DNA from: Candidatus Fermentibacterota bacterium
Lineage (GTDB): Bacteria > JAFGKV01
DNA: 37,347 nucleotides
Reading direction: 5' to 3'
NCBI GenBank assembly: GCA_016928395.1
Contig: JAFGKV010000296.1
Span: forward strand, 1 to 37,347
A program made the position numbers and the translations under genes. Below, piece after piece: positions 20,733 to 31,040 of the stretch (position 1 is its first letter; the number at the start of each line of letters is the position of its first letter). The notes below the pieces were generated by a model. The model did not search any database, was not told where the DNA came from, and was given only the letters and a program-made list of their open reading frames with translations.

Positions 20733-21635
20733 TCAATCCACCAGATGAAGACCGCGGTGCAGGAATACCTGCCTCGCGTCATCGACTTCTCCAGCGGTTG
20801 GACGCCGGCCGATGGCAGCGATGCGATCCGCGTGATACGCAGGTCGGTACTGGCCCATCACATTGACCGAACCCGCTCCGTCGGTAAGATGCGCCAAAGC
20901 GCGCGCCCAGCCATCGTCGCCCGAGATGCCGCTGGACATCACCAGGTGGCGAACCAGCACTCCTCCGGTGGCCACGCCCCTCGAATCGCACCGCAGGCCG
21001 CCTACCTGGCGGTACATCATGCGCAGGGCGCGGCACGCTCTGGCGAAATAGTCGGGCGCGTTGCACAGTCTCTTCGCCACGGCCTCATCGATGAACTTGG
21101 CATCGGGAAGGTAAATGTCCACGATACCATCCAGCAAGATCAAAGCCTCGATGCTCTCGTATCCTCCGCAGTTGTACACCAGCGGGATGGTCAGGCCGCG
21201 CCCAACCGCCAGGGCCAGCGCATGCACCAACTGCGGAACGAGGTGAGTCGGCGTCACCCAATTTATGTTCTCCGCACCCTTCTCCTGCAAGGCCACCATG
21301 ATCCGGGCGAGCCCGTCCGGACCCGTGCCCTGCCCCTGGCGGAGATGGCTGATGGAGGAGTTCTGGCAGAATACGCACCCCAGGTTGCAGCCGGCAAGAA
21401 ACACCGTCCCGCTGCCGCCTTGGCCCACCAAGACCGATTCTTCACCGAAATGAAGCCCCCAACTGGCCACCACCGCCGTGGTCCCGATGCCGCAGAACCC
21501 TACCTCTCCCTGATCCCGCCTGGCTCCGCAGTGACGGGGGCACAGTACGCAGGGGGACTGGAAGGCTTCCAGAGCTTCCGCCCGCCGTGCGAGGCCACGG
21601 GCTCCCAGGGTACGATAGCGTGCCCCCGAACCCAT
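20733..21635 (-). CDS. Radical SAM protein, PflX-like (putative PFL-activating enzyme family)
   Basis: CVLCPRHC, HFGEE...GSGTVF, CNLGCVFCQN, NINWVTPTH, DIYLPDAKF, VRHLVM, VMGQYRP. Confidence 0.9.
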   Translation of the reverse strand: MGSGARYRTLGARGLARRAEALEAFQSPCVLCPRHCGARRDQGEVGFCGIGTTAVVASWGLHFGEESVLVGQGGSGTVFLAGCNLGCVFCQNSSISHLRQGQGTGPDGLARIMVALQEKGAENINWVTPTHLVPQLVHALALAVGRGLTIPLVYNCGGYESIEALILLDGIVDIYLPDAKFIDEAVAKRLCNAPDYFARACRALRMMYRQVGGLRCDSRGVATGGVLVRHLVMSSGISGDDGWARALAHLTDGAGSVNVMGQYRPAYHADRIAAIGRRPTAGEVDDARQVFLHRGLHLVD

Positions 21636-21732
21636 GGCTCACCCTCGGTCAGGGGTCCGGGGAAAACTCACAACACCGCACCCCTGGGCCGGCATGACAG
21701 CCGCTGTGTCGCCCATGTCTTGGATCCGCCTC

Positions 21733-23751
21733 TCACAAGTCCGACAGCTTGATACCGACGATACGAAACGTACCCGAGATCCCCGGCAAGTCCAACAGGA
21801 CCGTATCGCCGACCTGGCGCCGAAGCAGAGGCTGCACCGCCGGGGCCCGATACGAGAACACGCCGGCATCCGGATCGCTCTCCCAGGGGCCGAGAATTGC
21901 GACCGTATGTTCGACTCCCGTCTCGTGGGCCACTGTGACTGCGCACCCCGGCCCGACCACGGAGGTGTTCACTCTCTCCGGCGTGAGAAGGCGCACGCGA
22001 GAGAGGTCTCGTTGGATCTCCTGGATCCGGGCAAGGATGCGCTCCTGCTGTTCTTTCGCCGCCTTGTACTCGAAGTTCTCCCGCAGATCGCCGTGTTCCC
22101 TGGCCTCGGCCAGCGCTGCCTTGTTCTGGGGGAGCTCCACGATGCTCAGGTGCTTCAGTTCGGCCGCCCTGATGTCCTGGCCTTTCACGGTGCTGTAGAT
22201 GACGTCTTCTGCGGGCCGGAGGTCAGGGAATCGGTCGTACACGTCGGCCCGGATCTCCTCCTTCAGGCTGACGGGGAGGCGAACCTCATTCAGGAAGCTC
22301 AAGACAGCCTGGGCCCTTTCCAGGCCCTCCTCCGCCACTCGTTGCAGTGCGCGGCTCTCTGCGACGTAGCTGGTAACGGGCCCGATGAGGCCGGCGGCCT
22401 CATCCAGAAGGTCCACCAGCCTCATGACGCGCTGGGCAAATGTCCCCGGCAGCGGAAACCCATCATCGGCCTTACGAACAAGCCAGAAATAGGCGGCAGC
22501 CCGCTCCGGCAGGCCGCGCTGCACCTCCAGGCCTACGACGGTTTTCTCCTCCTCACTCATCCGCCCCAGCAGATACTCCCAATCAGATGCATTGCATGAA
22601 CGCAGGAACAGCTCCCTGCGCACGGCCTCCGGATCGGCCTGTGCCTCAAGAAGACCCATGGCCTCACGCCGGAGGTCGGCGGAACGGACAGCCAGCACGA
22701 CATCTGCCGGGTCGGCCGCGGCATCCAACGCCTCCCGAACCTCGCTGTATCCGGCCGGGTCCCCCAGCCCTGCCAGAACCAGAAGAGCCTCGATACGCAG
22801 TGATGTACTCTTCCTCAGTGAGGCCACCCGTTCCCGCAAGACATCGCGGACCCCGTCGCGCAAAGCGGGATCCTTGGCCAATCTCGCGGCGTGGCGGATG
22901 ATCTCGCCGGGCGGAAGGGCTCGAAGCTCATCCAAGGCATCGGGCGGCCCGGCGGCGCCGGGTTCCACCCAGATAATACGCATCGGTTTGGCCAGGCCGA
23001 TGTGCAGACTGGGATCGTTCTTGGCCTCGGCCCGTGCCGTCGCCCACCATCCGCCCCACTCCTTGATGCCGATTAATGGCTCGATCAGCCGCTTCACGTC
23101 TTTTGGATCGGCTTCACCACCAAGGCTCCGCACCGCCAGCGCGAGAAGCTCCCTGGGCGGTATCGCCATAAGTGTGTCGAGCCGGTCCACGGTTAGCGCC
23201 TGAAGATGCCACGACGGCAACGGAGTCAAGGCTCGGATTGCCATGGCCCATGACATGCGATGACCCTTGCGTGACGCGAAATCCACGGCAACCTCCTCTG
23301 TCGCCGTCTCGAACTCCACCACTTTGCCGCTTCCCCAGGAGTCATGGAGGACATAGGCCCCGAGGCCAAGCCTCCGAAGAGCCTCAAAGCGGTCCCAGGC
23401 CTCCGCCACCGGCTTCTGGTCAAATTCAGAAAACGTCAGCATCCGGTCTGCCGTCGCTGGATCAGTGGCACTCTGGATCAGCAACCGTCGCACCAGATCT
23501 CGGACATCGGGATTCGCTGGCGCCAGTTCCACGGCAAGACGCAATGCCGCTCCGGTACCTGCGTGGTCTCGTCTGCCGAGAAGCTCGCCGGCCAGTACGG
23601 CCAAAAGCTCCAGCGCTTTCTTCCGATCATGCTTCGCGGCTGCTGTTGCCGCCTCCAGAAACGGCTCGATCTCTGCCTCATCGGATGCAAGGCACTCCAG
23701 CCAGGCATCCTCCAGAGCTGCCCAGTTCTGTGCGTCAGCCAATGTCTTCAT
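21733..23751 (-). CDS. greA: Long-form GreA/GreB transcription elongation factor
   Basis: C-terminal AREHGDLRENFEYKAAKE, ILGPWESDP..GVFSY.AP; about 500-aa N-terminal extension; ATGA overlap with upstream gene. Confidence 0.88.
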   Translation of the reverse strand: MKTLADAQNWAALEDAWLECLASDEAEIEPFLEAATAAAKHDRKKALELLAVLAGELLGRRDHAGTGAALRLAVELAPANPDVRDLVRRLLIQSATDPATADRMLTFSEFDQKPVAEAWDRFEALRRLGLGAYVLHDSWGSGKVVEFETATEEVAVDFASRKGHRMSWAMAIRALTPLPSWHLQALTVDRLDTLMAIPPRELLALAVRSLGGEADPKDVKRLIEPLIGIKEWGGWWATARAEAKNDPSLHIGLAKPMRIIWVEPGAAGPPDALDELRALPPGEIIRHAARLAKDPALRDGVRDVLRERVASLRKSTSLRIEALLVLAGLGDPAGYSEVREALDAAADPADVVLAVRSADLRREAMGLLEAQADPEAVRRELFLRSCNASDWEYLLGRMSEEEKTVVGLEVQRGLPERAAAYFWLVRKADDGFPLPGTFAQRVMRLVDLLDEAAGLIGPVTSYVAESRALQRVAEEGLERAQAVLSFLNEVRLPVSLKEEIRADVYDRFPDLRPAEDVIYSTVKGQDIRAAELKHLSIVELPQNKAALAEAREHGDLRENFEYKAAKEQQERILARIQEIQRDLSRVRLLTPERVNTSVVGPGCAVTVAHETGVEHTVAILGPWESDPDAGVFSYRAPAVQPLLRRQVGDTVLLDLPGISGTFRIVGIKLSDL

Positions 23752-25919
23752 GGAACTTCTCCCGTCTTGCCCATCATTCGTTCATATACCTTCCGAACAA
23801 AGCGCACGTCTCGCTGTAGATCAGCCGATGCGGGATCCAGGGTTTGTGCGTGAAGGATGGATTCCAGCGCTTCCCGGGGCCGGCTGGCGGCTAGATGTGC
23901 CCGGGCGAGTTCAGCCCATACCGCCGCGGAGCCGGGCCAGCGCTCTATTCCCCGATCCCGCAGCACCGCTGCTGCCTTGGCAAGACCCATGGCGTCGGCA
24001 TGGCGTGCCGCAGCAGCAATGAGCGATCCGTCTTCACGGCCGCCTGCCACCGCTCCGGCCAGGGCAAGGCACCACTGCTCCCGGGAGTCGATCCTCATCA
24101 ATGGCTCCAGCCCGGCTGAGGCGGCCAGACCGGGGCACACCCCCGCCGCGGCGGCCTGACCCAGCAAAAACGCGGCGTGGCTGGGTTCCAGCGTCTGGCT
24201 GACCCGCGGCAAGAGCCATGGATAGAGGCCTGCCAGCGGCCAGACCTCAGGCAAGACCTCAGGCGTCACTCCACCGGGGCATACGGCAGAGACGGCCAGG
24301 GCGGATTCCGGGGATCGCACTGCCAGGGCTTCGCAGAAGTCCTCCAATGATCCCCGCGCCCGGTGCAGCCATACGCGGTCCCGCGCTACTCCCACGGCGA
24401 TTCCCAATAACGCGATCAAGAGGATGAGTAGTGCCGCTCGCTCAGACCATACCCGCCGCAACACTACTGCGACCGCGCACACCACACCCAGCACCATGCC
24501 CGGCACCAGAAGCGCTCCAATGCCGGAGAGCACCGGGAACACCGCAAAGGACAGGAGCGCACAGCAGGCCAACACCGGCACTGCCCGTGGACCCATAGCA
24601 ACCGGAAAACTCCAGACTCCCGCGGCGCGGTCTGCCGCCTCATCGGCGATGTCCTTAATGCCGAATCCCAAGAAAAAGGACACCCACAGGGCACCAAGGA
24701 ATCTCCACGGCACAATCTGGAAGACCCATTCCCTCCCGATCACCGCCGCGCCGGCAACCACCGCCAGCATTGCCGCCATGGCCACTACTGCGGTGCCTAC
24801 CAGGGGAATCCGCTTGAGCCGAATCGGCTCCCATGAGTAGCCGGCCGCCAGTACAAGCTGTGCCAGCATGATAAGAAATACCGCATACTGCACGCACAGA
24901 GCCAGAGCAAGGCCCATCAAAGCCAGTACCCCCGACACCACTCGCGCGTGCTCGCGCCCCATCCCTTCCCACAGCGCACGGCGGCGGGGCGACGCGCCGT
25001 CCCACGGTTCGTCGGCGAGATCATTGCTCAATGCCGCCGACTGGAAGCACAACACCTGCGCAACCACTACCGCCACCACGGAGAGCCAGTCGCCAGCCCG
25101 GGAAAACGCCGAGGTAATCCAAGGTCTCTGCAGGGTGAATATCACCCACACCCCAAGCCCGGTCAGACCACCGTACATCAGAGAGCGAAGCCACCGGAAC
25201 CCCCGCATCCATGCCCGAAGAGTCCGGGCGCTCGCCCGATGCCAGACCGCCAGCGCCAGCACGCCTGTCGCCAGCATGTTGACAATGGCGAAGCGATGGC
25301 TCTGCAAGTTGCCGAATCCGCCGATGTGCATCCATCCTTCGGCGCCGACGCCCCCGGCCAATGGAAGACTCCCTAGAACCATGAGCCCGAAGAAGGCGCA
25401 TACTGCCCCGGCCAGGCCGCGAATCGCACCCTGCCATGCCCCCGCGTAGATACCCACGCCGAGGCATGCCAGGGCTATCTCCACCCGCATGCCGGGCGTG
25501 ACCCCGGGAAGCCCAGTGGACGTCGTGAAGAATCCCTTGAGTACAACACCCATCTCGCGGACTGTGCCCAGATAGCTCATGTCATAACCCCGGCCCCCGG
25601 ACAACAGCGCGTCAAGCACCGGCGGTAGAAGAGTCAAGGGCCATAGCTTGGCCGTGGTGATGGCTACAGCCGTCACCGGGCGGCCCGACCACCGGTGCAT
25701 GAGCAGAACAAGGAGAAGAAACGCTGCTGCGTAGAAGGCCGGGAAGTGCAGAAAGAGCATGGACTGCGACACTCCGGGCACTGCCCGGATGCCCAGCAAA
25801 TGTTCGCGCTCCAGTACCCCTTCCAGAATGCCCCGGAGAAAGATGACCGAAGCCACCAGCCCCACCAGCCTCTGCCAGGGGCAGGTGAGATACTCCAGCC
25901 TGGTCAGGAGACGAATCAT
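23748..25919 (-). CDS. UbiA-family prenyltransferase fused to an N-terminal membrane domain and a C-terminal TPR-like region
   Basis: NDLADEPWD and KDIADEAADRAAG Asp-rich motifs, YSWEPIRLKRIP; TPR-like AAVWAELARAHLA..A..LDP; start uncertain (ORF open to 26066). Confidence 0.8.
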   Translation of the reverse strand: MIRLLTRLEYLTCPWQRLVGLVASVIFLRGILEGVLEREHLLGIRAVPGVSQSMLFLHFPAFYAAAFLLLVLLMHRWSGRPVTAVAITTAKLWPLTLLPPVLDALLSGGRGYDMSYLGTVREMGVVLKGFFTTSTGLPGVTPGMRVEIALACLGVGIYAGAWQGAIRGLAGAVCAFFGLMVLGSLPLAGGVGAEGWMHIGGFGNLQSHRFAIVNMLATGVLALAVWHRASARTLRAWMRGFRWLRSLMYGGLTGLGVWVIFTLQRPWITSAFSRAGDWLSVVAVVVAQVLCFQSAALSNDLADEPWDGASPRRRALWEGMGREHARVVSGVLALMGLALALCVQYAVFLIMLAQLVLAAGYSWEPIRLKRIPLVGTAVVAMAAMLAVVAGAAVIGREWVFQIVPWRFLGALWVSFFLGFGIKDIADEAADRAAGVWSFPVAMGPRAVPVLACCALLSFAVFPVLSGIGALLVPGMVLGVVCAVAVVLRRVWSERAALLILLIALLGIAVGVARDRVWLHRARGSLEDFCEALAVRSPESALAVSAVCPGGVTPEVLPEVWPLAGLYPWLLPRVSQTLEPSHAAFLLGQAAAAGVCPGLAASAGLEPLMRIDSREQWCLALAGAVAGGREDGSLIAAAARHADAMGLAKAAAVLRDRGIERWPGSAAVWAELARAHLAASRPREALESILHAQTLDPASADLQRDVRFVRKVYERMMGKTGEVP

Positions 25920-26007
25920 GGCCGGTGATGCCCTGCCCACGGGGGCCGGCGAGAGAAGCTCGCGGGGGAACAGGGTAGGGATGCGGAAAACGGGCGGGTA
26001 TCGAGGG

Positions 26008-26646
26008 TCATGCCCCTCGTTCATCCCGGGATAACGCGGCCAGTGCCCCCACCGCAACAAAGGCAAAAACTGGCGCCGCGGCCAGCAGCAGAACGGCGAC
26101 CGTCACGGCTCCCGGTGGCAGCAGAGGCTGGACCCGTGCCGTGCACCATGCCCGAAACGAGGCGCCGGGATGTGATTCCATCGCATGGTAGGTGTGCACC
26201 ACGGGTCGTTCCTGAGTCACTCCTGCAATGGTCACCGGCGTGCTGCTCAAGAGGACTGGGCTCCCATGGGCATCCACCGTGAGCCGGGCCTTGAGGGTCG
26301 CGTGATGGGGAAGGGTGAGGGGGCGAAAACGGCCGGTCAAGACACCGTGGCGCGATGTTAAATCTACGGCCGAAACGCGGTCTCCGTCAGGCAGCTCGAA
26401 CAACTCCAGCCGCATTCCAGGCGGGCGCTGCTGCTGCAAATGCTCTATCCCGATTCCCGAGAGCCAAGGCTGGGGCGAGGTGAAAAAGAACTCAACAACC
26501 GCCCCGGGACGCAGCACCACGGGCATCCGTGACACCTCCACCGCCACTCTCCAATAGGTTCCCGTGACGAAGCGACCCAAGAGAAAGACGCTGATTATGG
26601 ACAGAAGGACAGCGAATCCCCACACGACGCTGTGGCGCGACCTCAT
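26008..26646 (-). CDS. Hypothetical membrane protein (two TM helices flanking a soluble beta-rich domain)
   Basis: ATG overlaps upstream TGA (ATGA); hydrophobic termini. Confidence 0.65.
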   Translation of the reverse strand: MRSRHSVVWGFAVLLSIISVFLLGRFVTGTYWRVAVEVSRMPVVLRPGAVVEFFFTSPQPWLSGIGIEHLQQQRPPGMRLELFELPDGDRVSAVDLTSRHGVLTGRFRPLTLPHHATLKARLTVDAHGSPVLLSSTPVTIAGVTQERPVVHTYHAMESHPGASFRAWCTARVQPLLPPGAVTVAVLLLAAAPVFAFVAVGALAALSRDERGA

Positions 26647-27854
26647 GCGAACAACCTCGGCAGGACCCAGTGGAGTAACGCAGCCCAATCAAGAATGACC
26701 GCAACCGCGGCCAGCGCGACCCACCCCACGCTCTGGCGCCACAATTCCCTACAGCCCTGGACGATCAGATACGCCATCAGCGGGCTCGTGGACAGAGCCG
26801 CCATGCCGGGCGAGGGCCAGATCCTCCCCAGCAGCAGAGAAAAAAGTACCGCGGCCCCGATGGCGAACGCCATGGGCACCTTCTTGCCGCGCAGGCCGAT
26901 CACCAGCCCCGCCAATGCCACCACCCCCACCGCGCCCCACACAACGAGAAGCACCACGGGAACCGGCAGCAGAGCCGACGGTGCTGCGAACAATACTCCC
27001 TGCCACGGAGCGGCCGGGGCTGCACGCTGCATCGTGAGTAGCCGGAACACCCAAAGCACCAGACCGATCACGCTGAGAACAATGGTCGCCCACCGGGTGA
27101 TCCGCGGTAGAAGGCCCTGCCTGGGCGCCCCTGCAGCAGCGACGACCGCCAGTGTTACCGCACATGCCACGCCGCCCTGCACATCCACCGATGACATGGC
27201 CAATCCTACCAGTGCCGCCCATGGAGCAGCCTCCCATGCGCTTTTCATGCGGGTCAGGCACAGAATCCACGCACCCCACAAACATGCCACGAAGGCTGAC
27301 GGGCCCAGCAGGCCGGCGCCCATCCCTGCGGCCGGCCCATACATCACCAGAATCATGCCCGCCAAAGCCGCAAGGTGCGGTGCCGAGCCTTCTCGGAGCG
27401 CGCGGTATGTTAGGACCGCGGCGAATGCGAGAAACGCGATGCCGACTAACCGCATGAGCACCCACCGCCACCGGATATCAGTGGCCAGCAGCCGCGAGAG
27501 CAACCGGCTCAACAGAGAGTGGTAGCTGGATGAAGGCGGGGAGGACACCTCGGCCGGTACCAAAACGGCGGTCGTGATCCCGGCCAAGGCGGCGTTCAGC
27601 CTCCGCAGATCGAGAGCGCTCTTCACCGGCAGGTGGCCCGCCTCCAGTCGGGCGAAACGGGCAAGTTCGGCCAAGTCCTTGGGGGCCAGACGCTCCATCC
27701 CGGGGTCAAACGCCCCTCCCGCCCGGCTGATGGCCAGATACTGCCCGACCTCCTCGGGCAATGCTCCGGGCGGGAGCCAGAGGGCCCAGGTTGCCTGCTT
27801 GAGTATTCCGGCGGCCAACACCGCTACCGCGACACACGGGATGATGCGTCTCAT
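26643..27854 (-). CDS. Polytopic membrane protein, possibly GT-C/DUF2142-like
   Basis: AGGAGAGG RBS; PP..LPEEVGQY loop after TM1 resembles the PDE..H motif; many TM segments. Confidence 0.6.
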   Translation of the reverse strand: MRRIIPCVAVAVLAAGILKQATWALWLPPGALPEEVGQYLAISRAGGAFDPGMERLAPKDLAELARFARLEAGHLPVKSALDLRRLNAALAGITTAVLVPAEVSSPPSSSYHSLLSRLLSRLLATDIRWRWVLMRLVGIAFLAFAAVLTYRALREGSAPHLAALAGMILVMYGPAAGMGAGLLGPSAFVACLWGAWILCLTRMKSAWEAAPWAALVGLAMSSVDVQGGVACAVTLAVVAAAGAPRQGLLPRITRWATIVLSVIGLVLWVFRLLTMQRAAPAAPWQGVLFAAPSALLPVPVVLLVVWGAVGVVALAGLVIGLRGKKVPMAFAIGAAVLFSLLLGRIWPSPGMAALSTSPLMAYLIVQGCRELWRQSVGWVALAAVAVILDWAALLHWVLPRLFA

Positions 27855-27964
27855 CCGCAACCCTCTCCTGGCATGCCCGTCGTGATCCCGGATCACGACG
27901 ACGGGATCTCGGGGTGAGTGAAACACGGCAGCAAGGTATGGTATCAGGATCCCTACGTCAGGTC

Positions 27965-29647
27965 TCAATGGTGCCCGGCAGCGCGTTCCGATTCGAGGGC
28001 ATCAGCCAGGGCTTCCAGGCGAAGAGTCGCTTCCTCCACAGGCACACCGTGGGCCACCAATCGCCCCCCAGCATACAGGGCAACCTTACCCTGCCCTTCG
28101 CCGACGCAGCCGATATCTGCGCCCCGCATCTCGCCGGGGCCATTGACGATGCATCCCATCACCCCGACGGTGAGACCCGCCCGGGCTCCCAATCGCCGGC
28201 GTACCTCTGTTGCCAGCTCTGCCACGTCGATACGGCACCGGCCGCACTGGGGACATGCGATGATATGAGCGCACCACTGGCCTGTGCCTAACCCCTGGAG
28301 GATATCCAAGGCCGAGGCACGATCGTCCGCCTCGTCAATACCATGGTGAAGCTCGAGGCGTTGGATGAGACCGGCTTCCACCAGTTGCGCCAGATCGACC
28401 ATGGCCCTCAGAAGATCAGACGCCAAGGGAGTCACGACCTCCCACGTGATGGGCTGCGCAATTCGTGCAAGCACCTCCGTGAGCCGGTCGGCACCCCCTG
28501 CCGTGGGCCCGGGCAGCGGAAGCTGAAGTTCGATGATATCTCTAGTTTGAGCCGAATCCAGCACAGCCGCAAGGATGGTCGCCAGGTCCCCCGGTGACGG
28601 AGGCGCAGCAGTAACTCTCAGGATAGCCGGCTCTCCGGGCAGCCTGTCCGGGTCGGAATGGCTCACCACCCGGACTCTGCGGCCAGAGACCGGATCATAG
28701 ACGTGGCCGTCTTCGCCGTCGAACCTGATGCGGGTGAACGGCCACGCGTGCTCCCGAAGGCTCACCACCTGAACTCCCTCAACGGGCGTGACGCCGCGGG
28801 GTGTGCCACCGCGGGGCGCGCCGGGGATCAGAAAAAGCCGGGCCGCATTCACCAGCGCATACGCGACGGGCAGTTCCCGTTCGGGTGGCTCAGCCAGGGA
28901 AACCCGGATGGTGTCGGCGATGCCGTGGCGCAGAAGCAGGCCGATGCCGACGGCGCTTCGCGTGCGGCCCTGCAGCCCGAAACCTGCCTCGGTCACCCCC
29001 ACGTGAAGGGGGTAGTCACAGCACGATGCAATGCCAAGGTTCGCGCGTACGACATCCCACGGATCCGACGACTTCAATGAGATCACCAGATCGAGGAATC
29101 CTTCCTTCTCGGCGATATGCACATACTCCACCGCAGACTGCACCATGGCGTCAACGCCACGTCCGAAGCCCTCCACGATGCGCCGCGACAGACTGCCGTG
29201 GTTGACCCCAACGCGTACCGCCCTGCCGGCGCTACGGGCGGCGCGAAACAATGACCGGAGCGGTTCCAGATCGTCGGGTGCTGGAAACGCACCCACCGCC
29301 CGCGACAGCGGCGGCTCAAGCAGATTGCCCGGATTCACCCGGATCTTGTCCACCAGCGGCAAGGCCTCCAACGCCATGGCGAGGGAGAAATGGATGTCAC
29401 CCACCAGAGGGACGGGCTCGTGATGTGACGAAAGCCGGGAGCGCAGCGCGGGAAGAGCCTTGAGAGCGCGCCGGTTCGGCAGTGCGATTCGCACCAGGCG
29501 GGATCCCGCGCCGTGCAAGCGCAGAACCTGCTCCGCAGTGGCGCCGATATCGGTGGTCGGTGTGGAGGTCATGCTCTGCACCACCGGTAAAGCGCCCCCT
29601 CCGATGGTCACCTTCCCCACCGTGACCGGCCGCGTCACTCGCCGCAT
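27965..29647 (-). CDS. ispG: HMBPP synthase IspG (with central insertion)
   Basis: VQSMTST.T, PLVGDIHF, RVNPGN, RVGVNHGSL, YPLHVGVTEAG, DTIRVSL, CPQCGRC, VMGCIVNGPGEM. Confidence 0.96.
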   Translation of the reverse strand: MRRVTRPVTVGKVTIGGGALPVVQSMTSTPTTDIGATAEQVLRLHGAGSRLVRIALPNRRALKALPALRSRLSSHHEPVPLVGDIHFSLAMALEALPLVDKIRVNPGNLLEPPLSRAVGAFPAPDDLEPLRSLFRAARSAGRAVRVGVNHGSLSRRIVEGFGRGVDAMVQSAVEYVHIAEKEGFLDLVISLKSSDPWDVVRANLGIASCCDYPLHVGVTEAGFGLQGRTRSAVGIGLLLRHGIADTIRVSLAEPPERELPVAYALVNAARLFLIPGAPRGGTPRGVTPVEGVQVVSLREHAWPFTRIRFDGEDGHVYDPVSGRRVRVVSHSDPDRLPGEPAILRVTAAPPSPGDLATILAAVLDSAQTRDIIELQLPLPGPTAGGADRLTEVLARIAQPITWEVVTPLASDLLRAMVDLAQLVEAGLIQRLELHHGIDEADDRASALDILQGLGTGQWCAHIIACPQCGRCRIDVAELATEVRRRLGARAGLTVGVMGCIVNGPGEMRGADIGCVGEGQGKVALYAGGRLVAHGVPVEEATLRLEALADALESERAAGHH

Positions 29648-29686
29648 TGGATGGCCTTTCCGGCCCGGTACCCGCCCACTGCCATG

Positions 29687-30997
29687 TCAGCGCAGCAACG
29701 ATACCGGGGAGGTCAACCGCACCGCCTCGCCGTGGACGGCGAGCACATAGACTCCCGGAGGCATCAACCGCCCTCCGGCCCCGCGGCCGTCCCACCGCAG
29801 CGGGTGGGCACCGGAGCCCACGTCGCGTGAGGCGAGAATGGCCACCTCCCTGCCCATGAGGTCGCAGATCACAGCCCGCACGGGCTGGGGGGACCGCACA
29901 TCGAGCATCCATGTGGTAGAAGCCGTAAAGGGGTTGGGAGAAGCCGGCAAAAGCCGAAGGGAGGCGGGATGCGGCGCAGTGGGTGCATTCACGACGGATG
30001 CGTCGACAAAGGAGAGATTCATGGCGCCCGGATCGGTGATGCCCAGTTCATAGGGTGGCGATCCGGCACGGTAGAGATAGTAATCAACGAGCGGTGTCAG
30101 CCCGATGACCTGCCGCTGCTCATTGATGACTGCCTGACCAAGATACTCGGCCACGCAGGGGTCGGTGGCGACAAACAGCCGGCGGGGTGTGCCGCCCGGG
30201 AACAGAGTCCAGTTATCGGGACCGCCGTCAAGGCCGCCGACATAGGTGCCGAAGAGCCCGTCAAGGATCACCAAAGCCGTCTTGCCTTTGATATCGGGCG
30301 CGGCATTGATGGACAGCATGCCATCATAGTCGCCGCACCAGGCGGAAGGGTTCACGCTCCCATAATGGTTTTTCATCGCCAGGGTGAACTGATTGGCATT
30401 GTGATTCTTGAGCACGGGGCAGTTGATAAGGAAGTCGGCCTCGGTGATGAAGCGAGACAACTCCGACGGCGTGCCGGGCGTGGGAATCATCACGCCTGAG
30501 GTACACGAATTCTCGCTGGAAAGCACAACCCCGGGAAACCGGTCGGCGGTGTACCCGTGGGAAGCCAGGTCATGCTGGTCATAGATGGTGATGTTGCCGG
30601 GCGGAAAAGCTCCATCGAGAGTCTGGGTCAGTCTGTTCACCAGAGCCTGCACGACCTCCCAGCGCGTCCAGCACCGCATCGGGCTGGCGATGAGGTTGAT
30701 CTTCACCGCCACTTTGCTCTGGGCCGAGAGACCAGGCAGAAGGCGCTCAAGGGCACGCACCGGGTCTGTCTCGCCGCTTAGGGCCGCAAGACCCCGATCC
30801 ATCATCGTCTGCACGGCCTCGATGCTGACCGTGCGGCCCGACGTCGCATCGGGGTGCCATACCGTTACCCCCTCGCCGGGAAAAAGCCCGCCGCCGCTGA
30901 AACCCGGTTCAACCCTTGCCGGGTTGAACCCCAAGATGCCGGCGCCGACGGCCGAGGCCGTTGCGCCCATGAATGCTCGCCTGCTGATACGAGACAC
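29687..30997 (-). CDS. DUF362-domain protein with Tat signal and C-terminal FlgD-Ig/T9SS-like domain
   Basis: SRRAFM Tat motif; VAVKIN, INCPVLKNH, TLAMKNHYG, LVILDGL, ATDP; PNPF...DLMGREV...WDG...GVY tail; GTG 30997 after GGAGG. Confidence 0.85.
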   Translation of the reverse strand: MSRISRRAFMGATASAVGAGILGFNPARVEPGFSGGGLFPGEGVTVWHPDATSGRTVSIEAVQTMMDRGLAALSGETDPVRALERLLPGLSAQSKVAVKINLIASPMRCWTRWEVVQALVNRLTQTLDGAFPPGNITIYDQHDLASHGYTADRFPGVVLSSENSCTSGVMIPTPGTPSELSRFITEADFLINCPVLKNHNANQFTLAMKNHYGSVNPSAWCGDYDGMLSINAAPDIKGKTALVILDGLFGTYVGGLDGGPDNWTLFPGGTPRRLFVATDPCVAEYLGQAVINEQRQVIGLTPLVDYYLYRAGSPPYELGITDPGAMNLSFVDASVVNAPTAPHPASLRLLPASPNPFTASTTWMLDVRSPQPVRAVICDLMGREVAILASRDVGSGAHPLRWDGRGAGGRLMPPGVYVLAVHGEAVRLTSPVSLLR

Positions 30998-31040
30998 GGT
31001 CAACCTCCGGACATGGTTGTGCCCCTCTCATGCACCTCCC

